From Paramecium tetraurelia (Eukaryota): a DNA stretch of 64,000 bases. The notes under the pieces were generated by a model, which saw nothing but the letters and a program-made list of their open reading frames with translations, was not told where the DNA came from and ran no database searches. Both the position numbers and the translations under genes were made by a program. Positions 14,601 through 27,580 of this stretch are shown here, piece by piece. The DNA lies in assembly GCA_000165425.1 (NCBI GenBank), contig CT868046.1:124001-188000 (forward strand). The letters are read 5' to 3'. Every line of letters begins with the position of its first letter. Position 1 is the first letter of the stretch.

Positions 14601-17600
14601 AGTGGTTGGTTCAAATGGTAATAAGCTCCATAAGATGCTTGGTAAAACATGTTCAGAGTTTCATTAAATGAGAAACCATCAGATCAATACTTAGGAGATA
14701 GAACAATGGCTGCTTGGGTTGGAACATCTGAAGGAGGTATCATTCATTTACCAACCTACACTTACGCAAACATGAATGGAGGTGGCAATGCAAATGTTTG
14801 GAAGAATATCTAACACAAAGATAGACACACCAAATGGTTCTTCGTTTATTTTGGATACTCAAAGGCTTAAGCTAAGGCATATTCATACATCAAATGGTAA
14901 GCAGATGATGACTTCTTGAATTACGATAATACAAACCATTATTATGCACCAAACTTCTAAGTGTTCTTCGGAAGAGATAAGTTCTATACAGGATGGAATG
15001 GTAAGATTGCATTTGCTCAATTCAATTTGGGTAAAGGTGCATTCAGAAGTGCTAAAGATTTCACTCATCCCAATGATGCTTTCGGTATTGGAGCTGGTAT
15101 TGATAAATTAAGAAAGCCAGACACTGGATTTAAACCAGCTGATTCAGATCCTGCAGTCAAAGAAAATGCATTCAATTAGGATAAACCAATACATGATAAG
15201 AATGCTAATTCAGAGAATCCATTTGATGAGTATGGTTATGGATTTTGGATGAGATTCTTGACAGCCTACTCCATAGAGATTAAATAATGGTAAGAATGAG
15301 GCTTGGTATTTCATTGCTAGATTGGCCAATTAAGAGAAATATGATAACATTAGAATGGGAGACAGAATGTTGGCCATGTGGTAAGGACAAGGATATTATC
15401 ATTTCACAGCATCCAACATATTAACTGGAAATCCAAATATGATTCAAAATGTTAATTATCCAGAAGATATTGAAGGATTGTGGACTTATGTTTACTATTC
15501 ATACAGTGTAGAGGAGAACAAAGCTCAAGGTTTCATTAAGTTCGGAGAGGAGAATTTCAAATAGATCACACACTAAACAACCTAACCATTGACCAAATAT
15601 TTGAGATTCATAGTTGGTGGTAATGATGATAAGAGATACCCAGGATTCAATGGTTTATTCACATCAATTACATTCTCATCTTAAATAGGAGCTTATGTTG
15701 ACAGCATTGATGCTTTGAATAAATATGTTAATGCTAATCCATATCCCAAGTTGGATACTACTCCATAGAATTATTTATTAATCAAGGATCCAATTACTAG
15801 AAAACCAGAAAACGATTTCTTTTTGAGGGAATTCGGAGAAGACAATTAAAGATTCCCAGTTGAATACTCAATCAGTGGATGGTATAAATGGGTTGAAGGA
15901 ACTCCAGCAAATCAATGGTAGAATTTATACAGAGTATTATTGAAGAAGGAGCCAACAGATACTGCAATATTGGGAGATAGAACATTGGCTGGTTGGATTG
16001 GATTTGGTAATGTTCATTAGAGTACTTACACTTATGTAAATATGAATGGAGCAGGAAATAATAATATTTGGAAATAGACAGAACATAAAGATAGACATCT
16101 GAGATGGTTCTTTGTCTACCATGGATATTCAAGAAATGATCGATTATCATATGCCTATGTATAATACAAAAATGGAGCTGAATCATTATCATGGGATAAA
16201 GTTAACCATTACTTCGTTCCAAGATTTTATGTTTATGTAGGAAAGGATGCTATAAATGGATTCAATGGTCAAATTGGAGCTATTAATTTCAACATTGGAG
16301 CTGGTTCATTCAGAAAGGGAGATGATTTCACTCACGATAAACATTTCTTTGGATTTGGTGCTCCATTCGTTTAGACTAAAGTGAAACCATTCGACATCAA
16401 GGAGAGAACAACTGATATTTTAGTAAGTGCAGCCCCAAGTTAAGAGAAACCATCATTCACAAAAGTATTGCCAGAAGATGAAGTAGCAAGTTGCGAGGAG
16501 TATGGTTATGGTTTCTGGGCAAGATACTTGACTTAATATCCAACTCCATAGAAATCAGGAATGCAAGGTGAATGGACATTTGTTTCAAGATTAACAAAGA
16601 ACTCGAAATTGTAGGATATCACTTTAGGAGATAGAACTTTGGCAATATTCTTGAATAGAAATAGTGCTTTCCACATTACAACTTACAATGCTGGTAATCC
16701 AAACTCAATTGTAAATGCAGCTGCAAGACCAGATTTCGAAGGAATTTGGATCTACATTCATTTCAGTCATAATTTAGAGAAGAAATCAAGTGTTGCCTTA
16801 TTGAAGTATGGTGATGAGAAACCAGTGAAATATTAACAAGCTGCAGCTCATGTAGCACCAGCATTCCTACAATTCTATTTGGGAGGTAAAGACTTCTATA
16901 ATTCATGGAATGGTCAGTTCAGTGATGTTATGGTTTCAGCCAGCGAGGGTATCTTCATTGAAGATGAGGCTGCATTGATTAAGCATTTGTCAGGATTCAA
17001 GATGCCAGCCTAATTCAACTATGACTTGAAGACTTTCGAAGTAATTCCAAAGGAGTAAACCTTTGATGGCAAGTAAGAAGTCAAGGAATAAATGTTTGAG
17101 GAAGACGTTGCTTTGAGACCAGAGTATGCTTGGTCAGGATGGTTCAGATGGGATAATCTTCCAGCAGGTGCCTTCTTCCTGTATGCTAGATTGAGTATAT
17201 TCTAAGGACCAACAGATTTGTCTTATTTGGGAGATAGAACATTATCAGCATGGGCAGGACCAGGTAATATGATGCAATTCTCCACATATACATATGCTAA
17301 TTTAGTTGGAGGAGGAAATGCTGATAGTTGGAATAGAATAAACTCTGGATAAGAGTTGGTAAGATGGCATTATGTTTACTTTGGATATTCTTTGATTGAG
17401 AGAGCAGCTTATTACAGAGTAGAATTTAAGGGAAGATTGGAAGAATTCACTTTCAAAGATCACAAACACTACTACCCAAATAAATTCTCATTGTAAGTTG
17501 CTAGGGACAAGTTCTACTAACCATTTGCTGGTACCGCATCCTATTTCAGATTAAATGTTGGTGAAGGTGCTTACAGAATAAGTGGGTATGATAAAGCCAA

Positions 17601-20600
17601 GAATGACATCTTTGCTTATAATCTAGGCAAATAAGCATATGTTAAACCATCTCCTACCTTCGATTTCAATAGAGACTAATAGAAGGGAGTTTCTGACTCA
17701 CCAGTTGATGGAAAGGATCCAGTATGGTCAAAGAAAATGATTGGATCAGATTTGGATGATGTTAATGAATATGGTTATTCAATGTGGTTGAGACATATGG
17801 CCCATTATCCAGTTCAATTGCCAATAGGATTATACGATAAGCCCTGGTCATTTGTTGTCAGATTAACTAAGAATCAATAACTATAAGATATTACAGTCGG
17901 AGACAGAGTCTTGGCTAATTGGTTATATAACGGCAATTACTATCACTTTACTACTTATCATCAAAATAATCCCAACTTGATTTAGAATATCAACAATCCA
18001 GATGATATTGATGGTGTTTGGTATTATTTACACTTTGCTCACAGTCTTGGTAGAAAATAATCAATAGGTTTCTTACATAATGGACAGAAATTGAATAAGG
18101 TCGTTTTTGCTGCTGAACACATTGCACCAACTTTCTTATAATTATATTTGGGAGGAGTCAATCTCAATTATCCAGCATATAATGGTCAATTTGCTAATGT
18201 ATTATTCTCAGTAGGTGATGGAATCTTCAAAAAGGATGAGGCTGAGTTCAATGCATTCTTTAATGACCTTAAGTAACCAGATCCATTCAACAGAAATCTT
18301 GTAACCAAGAACATTGTTGAAGCACCAAAAGAATTCGGAAAGGATACTGCTGTAGATGAAAAGGTTTTCACTGAATTTGCTTTGACAGGAGAATACTCAT
18401 GGTCAGGTTGGTTCAAATGGACTCCAACTGTATAATAACCATGGCATTTAATGGTGAGATTGTCAAGTCTTCAAAACTCTGCTGATTTGAAATTCTTAGG
18501 AGACAGAGTCTTGAGTGCATGGGTTGGATAAGGATATCTCCATTTCACTTGTTATAGTGCTGTCAATATCGTAGTTGCTGGATATCCAAATCAAAATTAG
18601 AATATCAATTATGAGACAGATTATACAAAATGGCATTATGTTTACTTCGGATATTCAAGACTATAAAGATTAGCACATGCTAAAGTAGAATTTAAAGACA
18701 GAGTTGCTGAAGTACAATTCAAAAAATACATTCCAATACTTACCAAACAAATTCTCACTTTGTGCAGCCAAGGATAAATTCTACGCAGCATACAGTGGTA
18801 ATATTGCACATTTAAGATTAAACGGAGGTGATGGAGCTTTTGATCCTAAATCTTATGGTGATAACAAATAAGATATCTTCGGATACAATATTGGAAAAGA
18901 TAACGTCAAAGAGAAAGAACCAGAAGTAGATCCACTTAGATCATAAGAAGTATTAGATTCAGCATGGAATCAAGATAAACCAGTTTATTAGACTGAATTC
19001 AAGAAGGAAGATCTAGTTGGTATTTAGGAATATGGTTATGGATTCTATTATAGACATTTGGAATAATATCCAGCACAAATGAGAGAGGGTAGATTGGAAC
19101 CATGGTACATGATGTCAAGATTGTCATGGAATAAGGATGAAGGAAATATTAGAATGGGAGATCGATTATTGGCTACTTGGTAAGAATAAGCAGCTATTTT
19201 GTTTGTTACCAACAATTTACCAGGAGATCCAAATATGTTAGGTAGAATTAGTGTTGCTGAAAGAGAAGGATTATGGACATTCTTATACTTCAGTTATTCA
19301 TTGGGAAGATTAATTGGCAGTAGGTATTTTGAAATTCGATAACAATGATGAAGTATTCCATATTCCAATGAAATGCAATCACGGTAAAGTTGATTATTTG
19401 AAATTCACTTTGGGATCTGCACCTCCTCATTTCTACCCAAGATTCAATGGTTAATTTGCTAACTATGCAGTCAAACTAGGACCAGGTGCATTTGTTAAAA
19501 ATTATGATGCTAAGAAGAAGTATTTACTCAATAGAATCCCACATCCTGCTGGTGATGATAATAAATTCAGATAATTCAAAGTAGTGGAAGGTTAGAAACA
19601 ATTCAAGGGAGACAGTTAAGATGAAGTTATAGTTGAAATACCAAGTGATTTCAGCAAATTTGCAACAGAATACTCAATTTCAGGATGGCTCAGGTGGGAT
19701 ACTCCAGCTCTAGGTGCTCCATGGTTCAATGTATTCAGATTAAGTTTGTATAACGCAGATTTGAATGCTGAAAACAGATTTGGTGATAGAGATTTGGCAT
19801 TGTACAAACATAATACTTACTATCAATATCACACTTATAACTATAACCCAGGACAACCGTGGACATTTGAACATGTGATTCCTCATGCCGATTAACATTT
19901 GGCATGGCACTTCTTCTATTCTGGATATTCAAGAGACAAAGCAATTCAATACCATTTTATTTCCTTCTAAGAATCTGATGTCGAGAAAATATTTGATAAA
20001 TAGAAGCATCTTATAGTCAATAAACACTATTTGTCATTTGGTAAAGATTTCAAGAAATTCTACCCATCACACAGGGGTTTCACTGGTACTGCTAGTATGG
20101 TTAATTTGAATTATGGAGATGGTGCATTCACCATGAAACCATTCACCAAGAAGAATGACTTATTCTAATTTGCTGATGGAGAGAAGAAATACAGAAAACC
20201 ATTCTCATTAGTAGAAATCTGGAGTGATAAGAATAAATAAATACCCTCAATTTCTGATAGTAATGATATAGTCTATAATGTTGAATTGACAGATGCTAAG
20301 GACAATATCAGAGGATTAGATGAATATGGTTGGGTCGCATGGGTTAGATCATCCAGAACTGAACCAAAGAACTTACCATTTAGACCCCATACTCACTCTA
20401 TTGCTAGACTTTCAACTTAAAGAGTCAACAGAAATACTCAATAACCAGGAGACAGAGTACTAGTAGCATGGTAGTATTTCCCAACTTATTATTTCGCTAC
20501 TTACACTACAGGAAATTATGATGTAGGCTAACAAACTCCATTTAAGATTGTTGATGGTTACTGGAGATTCATCTCTATGTCTTATAAGAAGGGAGAAGTA

Positions 20601-23600
20601 AAGGCCTATGTTTACTTTGATGATAAAGATATTGCTGAATTAAAATTCGATGTTAAACATGAATTAGTTAATGAGTATTTGAGATTAACATGTGGTGGAG
20701 AGACTGAAATATTCAAATATAATAACTTCAATGGTCATTTATTAAATATTGGATTAAGATTAGGTTAGGGATCCCATATACCAACTAAAGATGACCTATT
20801 GAGATTTTTGTAAGGACCATGGAAATTACCAGATTAAGTTTAAATTGACTAATCAAGAGCGAGTTTGGGCATTTTGAAGGAAAAGAGGGAGTTTAAGGCT
20901 GATGCTGAACCATTTTGGGTAACTGTCAAACCAGAAGTAGCCAGAGGAAAAGATGAATATGCAATTTCAGGATGGGCAAGATGGGTAGATCCAGCTTCAA
21001 TTTAAGCATGGCATTTACTTTATAGAGTATAGATTTTCAATAAAGATACTGAGGGATTAAGGAATGCTGATAGACCAGGAGATAGAACATTATCCTGCTG
21101 GAAGGGTCAAGGATTTTTCTATTTTGCTACATATACAGTCGATTAAGGTCATGGTGGAGCATGGAACATTGAGAGAACAAATCCATATGATGAAGTTATG
21201 CACAAGAATTGGGTTTACTTCTATTAAGGATATTCAAGATCAAAGTAGAATGTTCACATTTACCTTAAATATCCCTCCAGAGATGTTCACTTTGATGTAC
21301 CAGTCAATCACTTTGTCCCAACTCAATTTTATGTTCAATTTGGTAAAGATCAATGGAGTGGTGGATGGAATGGTTACCTTGAATCTTGGTATTTCAATAC
21401 TGGTAATGGAGCATACAAGACTGCAGATTATGATAAAGATGAATCAGATTTATTATCATTTGGATTTGGTGGAAGAACCATTCCAAAGCCAAAGAATTGG
21501 GATTCTAAAGATATGTTCTAAAACAATTGGGGACCCTCTGACCAATCACTAGGAAAGGATGTCGAAATAACAGATGATTACATTAATGGATTGACTGAAT
21601 ATGGATATGGAATGTGGACTAGATTTATTTGGAATGGAGAAAGAAAACTAGTAGACAAACCAGCTTGGATGGCATTATCTAGATTGACATACAGACAAAA
21701 CTATTAAGGAGATGCAGCTTAAATTGGAGATAGATTATTGGCTATTTGGGTAGGATCTGGTTTCTATCATTTCACTACTTCTCAACCAGGAAATGCTAAT
21801 GTGGTAAACAATATAAACTACAATAATTTATTGGATGGATCTTGGAATTACATTTACTATGGATATAAGAAATTTGATAAGGGAGGAAATGTAGTAGGAC
21901 ATGTACTCTTTGGAGGCTCAGCCGTTAGATCAACCACTTTCCCTGAAATAGTAAATCATACTCCATTATCTGACTACTTATACTTCTGTGTTGGTAGTTC
22001 AGGTGCCAAATTGAGAACAAATTATCATTCATTTAATGGACATATCTCAAATGTTGAGTTGATGTTGGGAAATGGCGCTTTCTTCTCGAACCCAGATGAT
22101 CTAAGGAAAAGATTGCCAGAAATGCCTAAATTCCCATAATTAGCACCAATCAAAGAGGTCATCTTTTAGGATTAAAGAGATATGAAGAGAGAAGTGGGTC
22201 AAGTGGCACCTGTTGAATTTACTGATAAGTTTGCTGGATAAACTGAGTATTCAGTGTCAATTTGGTTCAAATGGTCTTCGATTTCAAGAGCAACTTGGGA
22301 AAATGTTTATACTCTCTCCTACAATGAACAAAATATCAGAGGAAATCACGTAAGACCAGGAGACAGAGTGTTATCATTATTCTAATATGCTGATCACAGA
22401 CAATTCTTCAGTACTTACACTACTCCAGATGTTGATGATGCTTTCTAATAAATCTTCACAGAATGCCCAACTCCAGCTCTTGATCAAATTGCTTGGGTTT
22501 ATGCTTATTATGCATACAGTAGAAAGCTTAACACTGTTTACAGTTTCTACAAGACTAGAACCACTGAATGTGACAAGAAATTGATAGCTTTCCATAGAGT
22601 GCCAAGATATTTAGGATTATATGTTGGAAAGGATGGAATTCACACTCCTTACAATGGCAAATACCAATAAATGTATTTGATGGCTGGAAATGGTGCCTAT
22701 AGAGACAAGGATATCTTGAGTTTTGATCCATATATTGCAGGTGCATTAGGAGTCTAATCTAAACCATATAAATGGGCAGAGAAGAAGGATGATTTCGATT
22801 TGTCATTTGATGGATACCTTGTAAAAGAATTTGATCCAGAAGCAGTAGATGGACATTCAGCCTATGCAATTGGATTCTGGAGTAGATACTTAACTGCAAT
22901 TCCAAAGAGAGTCTTAGACAAACCAGCATGGGTATCTATGGCTAGATTCACAGTCAATAGAGACTATTAAGATTAATCTAAGGTTGGAGACAGAACCCTT
23001 GCATTATGGTTAGGAAAAGGATTTTATGGATTTAGAACATATAATTTGGCTACCAATACTCCAACTATTGCTTAAGATATCAAGTATGATGACAAATTAG
23101 AAGGAGAATGGAATTTCATTTATTTCTGTTTCGCCAGTTCAAAACAATAAGCTATAGGTTATGTCAAGTTCGGCAGCTCAGGAGATATCAGCAGAGTTAA
23201 CTTCCCAGAAATCACACATAAACCAATTGAAGGTTTTGGTAAATTAATTATTGGAAAAGAATTCAATTATCAAGGATTCAACGGTAAGATTTCACAATTC
23301 TAAATGCTCTTTGGTGGACAAGGTTATGCTCCTGATGTAGAGACATTAGAAACCTTAATCAAGACTACTTTCCCATAACCAGATCTCAATATTCCTGATC
23401 CTTAGGTTCTAAAAATATAAGAAGATGAAGTCTAAAAGAGAGTTGGCGATTAATCCTCAAGTCTATGAATGGCCATATCAATATCAAGAGTCTCTTGAAT
23501 ACTCTATCTTCGGATGGTTCAGATATTCTTAACCTAAATTGTAGAGAGAAAATAATGTCTTTTTGAGATTGACAAACAATGAACCAGGTTATAGAAAAGA

Positions 23601-25515
23601 AGCAGCAATCGTAGGAGATAGAACACTCTTGATCATGTACTAGATAAATGAAGTAGTCTTCTCGACATACACTCTTGGCACTATTGATGATGGTTAAGTG
23701 GCTAACATTAGAAAACCAGCTCCACTTGGAAACAACTTTGGAGTTTGGACTTACGTTTGGTTCGGATATAGTTGGTCAAAGAGGCTTGCCTCGGGTATTG
23801 TGAAATTCCCACAAGACAAGGTTATTGTTCCATATGAGAATGTCTTACACATGGTACCTAAATATTTGGCCTTTTTCGCAGGATCAGATGGATTCTTAGG
23901 TGGATGGGAAGGACCAATGAGAAAAGTAGGAGCAATCTTTGGAAAAGGTGCTTACATTGATCCAAATAAAGGAAATTATGAGAATATGTTACCTAACTTG
24001 TTGGGATTGTAACCAAAGAAAGCAGATTGGAAACCCTCCAGAGAAGAAATTATTTTTGTTCCAATCAGAGATAGACCAGGATATGATTTGACATTCAGAG
24101 ATGAAGTAGGTGGTGTTACTGAATACGGTTATGGATTATGGACAAGATGGTTGATGACAACTCCAGAAAGAATTGTTGAGAAATCTTCATTCCATCAGTT
24201 AATCAGATTGACCAACACTGAGAGATATGAAGACAATGTTGCTCTTGGAAATAGAGTGTTGGCTATTTGGGCTGGTAAAGGATATTATCATTTCACTACT
24301 TATGACAAGAAGACTAACAAGGCATCCATATCTGCCAATACAAATTACGATGACTACTTTGAAGGACATTGGAACTACATCTATTATTCATTCACTGCAT
24401 AAGACACACCTAGGGCAGTTGGATTTGTTCACTTTGGAGATGTACCAGGATAAACAGTTTCTAGAATCGAATTAATTGATATTGCTCATAATCCATTAAA
24501 TGGATATGCTCGAGTGGTGGTTGCCAATAATGAATTCGGATACCCAGGATTTAATGGTATGATTACTGGCTTAAGAATCTTCTTTGCTTAAGGATTTGTT
24601 GGTTCCAAAGAATAATTCTTGAAAGATGTCTTAGCAGTCTAACCAAAACCATAATTGACAGTTCCTGCTAGAACAGACATCAATGTTTTGAAATAAGAGA
24701 GAGTAGTCAATAAAGGTGATTCTGGTATCCCCATTAAGACCTCTTATACTCAATTTTAGGGAGTACTTGAATATGCAGTTTCCGGTTGGGTACAAACTAG
24801 AAGAGGATAAATTGATGAATTGTCAAGAATGATCTTCAGGTTGACTATCAATGATCCAGCTATTCAAAAAGATAAATCATTGCCAGGTGATAGAACACTT
24901 ACATGTTTCTTATTCAAGGATGCATTAACATTCTCTACTTATGATTACGGAGAATTAGATAACAATGAGGATGACGAAAATGATATCTAATGGCCATCCA
25001 AGATAGGAGCCAATGGAGGAGAGTGGGTCTTCTTGTACTTCGGTTACAATTCCAAAATCAGAAAAGCCTTTGCTTACACACTCTTCTTGAACAGAGAATT
25101 AGGAAATCAATATAATGATTTGAAACACTTTGTTCCTAATAAGTTCTGGTTCTACTTGGGAGGAGATGGATTCAATCAATAATTTGAAGGTACAATGTTC
25201 AATTGGAATCTCAATTTCGGTGATGGTTCCTTCACAAACAAAGGTAAATCAGCTATTACTTCATGGCCCTATGAACCTTAACAATAAGCAGCTGATCAAC
25301 TTCTCTCAGTCTTACTTGGTAATCAAGGATTGAGTTCTATCAAATTGGAAAGATCAGCCGGACCAGCATCAGGATAATTGGATGTTAAAGGAGCTAACTC
25401 AGGAGTTGTAGAAAGAACAGCTGGAGCTAAGTCAGGAGTTACAGAACAATCAGAAGGAGCAAAATCTGGTAAATCAGAGACCGCCCCTGGACCTAAATCA
25501 GGATCTTCATAATGA
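2677..25515 (+). CDS. Giant secreted tandem-repeat protein (~7,584 aa after correction) with 17 units of two LamG/ConA-like beta-sandwich domains; 3 introns; ten apparent +1 frameshifts in this sequence
   Basis: Signal peptide MNNKTLLIVLLLACTLG. Introns at 2729-2752, 2993-3017 and 3266-3290. Recurrent motifs EYGYGFW..MGDR.LA.W.G.GYYHF..EG.WTYIYYSYS..YPGFNG and EY..SGWF.W..LGDRTL..W..TYTY..WFF.Y.GYS..FNG.I. Length minus introns minus 10 extra bases is 22,755 nt = 7,585 codons. TGA at 25513-25515. Confidence 0.85.
3684..25260 (+). repeat. 17 tandem ~1.28-kb coding repeat units
   Basis: EYGYG-type motifs start near 3684, 5017, 6307, 7568, 8850, 10129, 11399, 12677, 13949, 15228, 16498, 17767, 19028, 20321, 21597, 22860 and 24121. 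A second motif (EYAFSGW-type) lies about 640 nt after each. Confidence 0.9.
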
Positions 25516-25893
25516 ATGATTTGATTATTCATATTAAATAAACATAATAAATACCATTTCTAAATTACTTAAATCCGTTGTGTTTTTATACAAAACCAAA
25601 AGATTAATTGATAATCATCTATTAACTCTAAAACCAGATTTATGTTGACCAGTTATTTTTAATTTAAATTATGTATACTTTTTTAATAATGCTTTTTTAT
25701 ATATTTAACAAAATAAAATCTTTTTTTTTTTATAAATATTTTAATATTCTGGCTTTTTCTCTTTCTAATCATCTCTGTACATAAGTAGTTTGATTTTATG
25801 AATTTTTTGATGAATATGCGAGCATATATAAGCGAATAATGGCATTTAAAGAAATTCTAATTTTTTATTTAAATTACGTTTTATATCGATTAT

Positions 25894-27278
25894 ATGAGTC
25901 ATTCACCTAAGGCTTTTACTTGGACTTAAACTTCCTGTACTGTGAAAATGAAAAGCAATTACTAAAACCTCGTTTAAACAGTTACTCCAAATCAAGGACC
26001 TGTTGGTTTGAAGATCGATACAGAGAGAGAATTTCAACACTCTTGTGATTTAGGATGGAATTGGCACAAAAGTTGGAATATCCCAAATATTTCTGTTAAA
26101 TTGAGCCTAAAAAACGATGAATGTGCTTAATGGATAAATTGTTAGGTAAAATAAAAAGAAATCTATTTTTAGGTTGAACTCAAGGCAGTCAAAGAACTGT
26201 AAGCAGATCTATTTGAAGAAGTTGGATTAGAAGGAACAACTAATTATGAATTAGTAGATGGAAGAGCATTTTTCACAGTAATTTCCTTAAACGATTTTAG
26301 GGTGTAAAATTTAATAGTACCACTTACAATCACCAAGGCCATAAATTTTAATTGCTTTTAATTATTAAAGAAAGAGAGAACATAATTATTTCATTACAGT
26401 CACCACCTATTTTTGTTGACAGTAGAAAAAGTGCTCGTGATGAACATCGATAAATACAATCTATCTCGCCTTTTGAACCTAAATACTTAGAAAGAAGCTT
26501 CTGTAAGAAGGAGAAGTATTAGAATGACATTGTTGATGCCCCAATTGAAAATAATGAAAATGGATTATATAATTATTTAACAGCTCCAAATATCAGAAAC
26601 AAAGTAAAAATATTTATTCATAAAGATTAAACATCCACTATTTCTGGCCTTAAAGTTTTCAAGATGTTTCAACGTTTACTATATGCCCGATGCTGAAGTC
26701 GAAAATCATCTTGTTGAACTATAGAAACAACTCTTGTCCAAATCACAAATTTCCCAATATCTTTTGGTGTTTTAATCAAATAATAACAGAATTAAGAGAA
26801 AGGTATACTTTGTATATATCAATTTAGATTGAGGATTCTTTGAATTAGCTATTTGGGTAGAGTAAAATCTAAGTTGTGGAAAAGAAGCATCTTAATGAAT
26901 TCACCCACCGTAAATTAGAATTCACTGCAGAGGATTATTAAGGATCTTATAATTAATTGACCCTTTTAATGAATCAGTTTACTCTTAATTAATAATAACC
27001 TTCAGAATTTTAATCATAGATTCCAAATCAAACACAATAGTAGGCTATTGAAATTGAACCTTAATCTTAATAATAAATTAAATTGCCCTTAAATCATCTA
27101 GAAAGAAAATCCGCTTTTAAAAAATACAAAGACTTTGATAAATTGCCAACCAAAAATTTCGAAGAAGAAAAGGCAGAACAATAATAAAGAGTAGAGAAGT
27201 TAAATAATATTCGAGAAATGGAAAAATATGAAAAAATTCAAAAAATAATTAAGATAGAGGAGAATAACAAAGATTAAT

Positions 27279-27326
<48 letters not shown>

Positions 27327-27512
27327 CATATTAGTAATTGTAAATTGCATCTAATTATTATACCAACTAATATAATTGCTTTAATCCTAATGTATATAAA
27401 TTTAATTATTTAGGTTTCAATGCTCTTTTAATAAAAATTGTAAGAACAACTATTATAATTTTATATGATTTAGTAATAGTTATTGCTCCTATAAATGCCT
27501 TCTTCTGTGTGA
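25894..27512 (+). CDS. Putative Ig-fold (NDT80/CudA/p53-like) DNA-binding protein with Gln-rich C-terminus; several short introns
   Basis: ...VELKAV...LEGTTNYELVDGRAFFT|GVKFNSTTYNHQGHKFQLLLII...IIISLQSPPIFVDSRK; Q15 tract; ends ...QMPSSV*. The gene itself is well supported, while the fold call is motif-based. Confidence 0.6.
27281..27325 (+). repeat. (TAA)15 microsatellite encoding polyglutamine
   Basis: 15 consecutive in-frame TAA codons inside a CDS. Confidence 0.9.
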
Positions 27513-27580
27513 TATTAAATTTATTATTAAACAAATTGATATTATCGAAATTAAAAATAAATAAAATTTAATTTTATCAG

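Noticed and set aside
9701..23454. Frame breaks explained by tiny introns or retained IESs
   Set aside because: Alignment to sister repeats shows only one extra base at each site, with no 20-30 nt GT..AG or TA-bounded insert.
3684..25260. Regular repeats as a CRISPR array, satellite or tandem gene cluster
   Set aside because: The repeats are ~1.28-kb protein-coding units with synonymous variation, joined in one reading frame with a single signal peptide and no internal starts or intergenic gaps.
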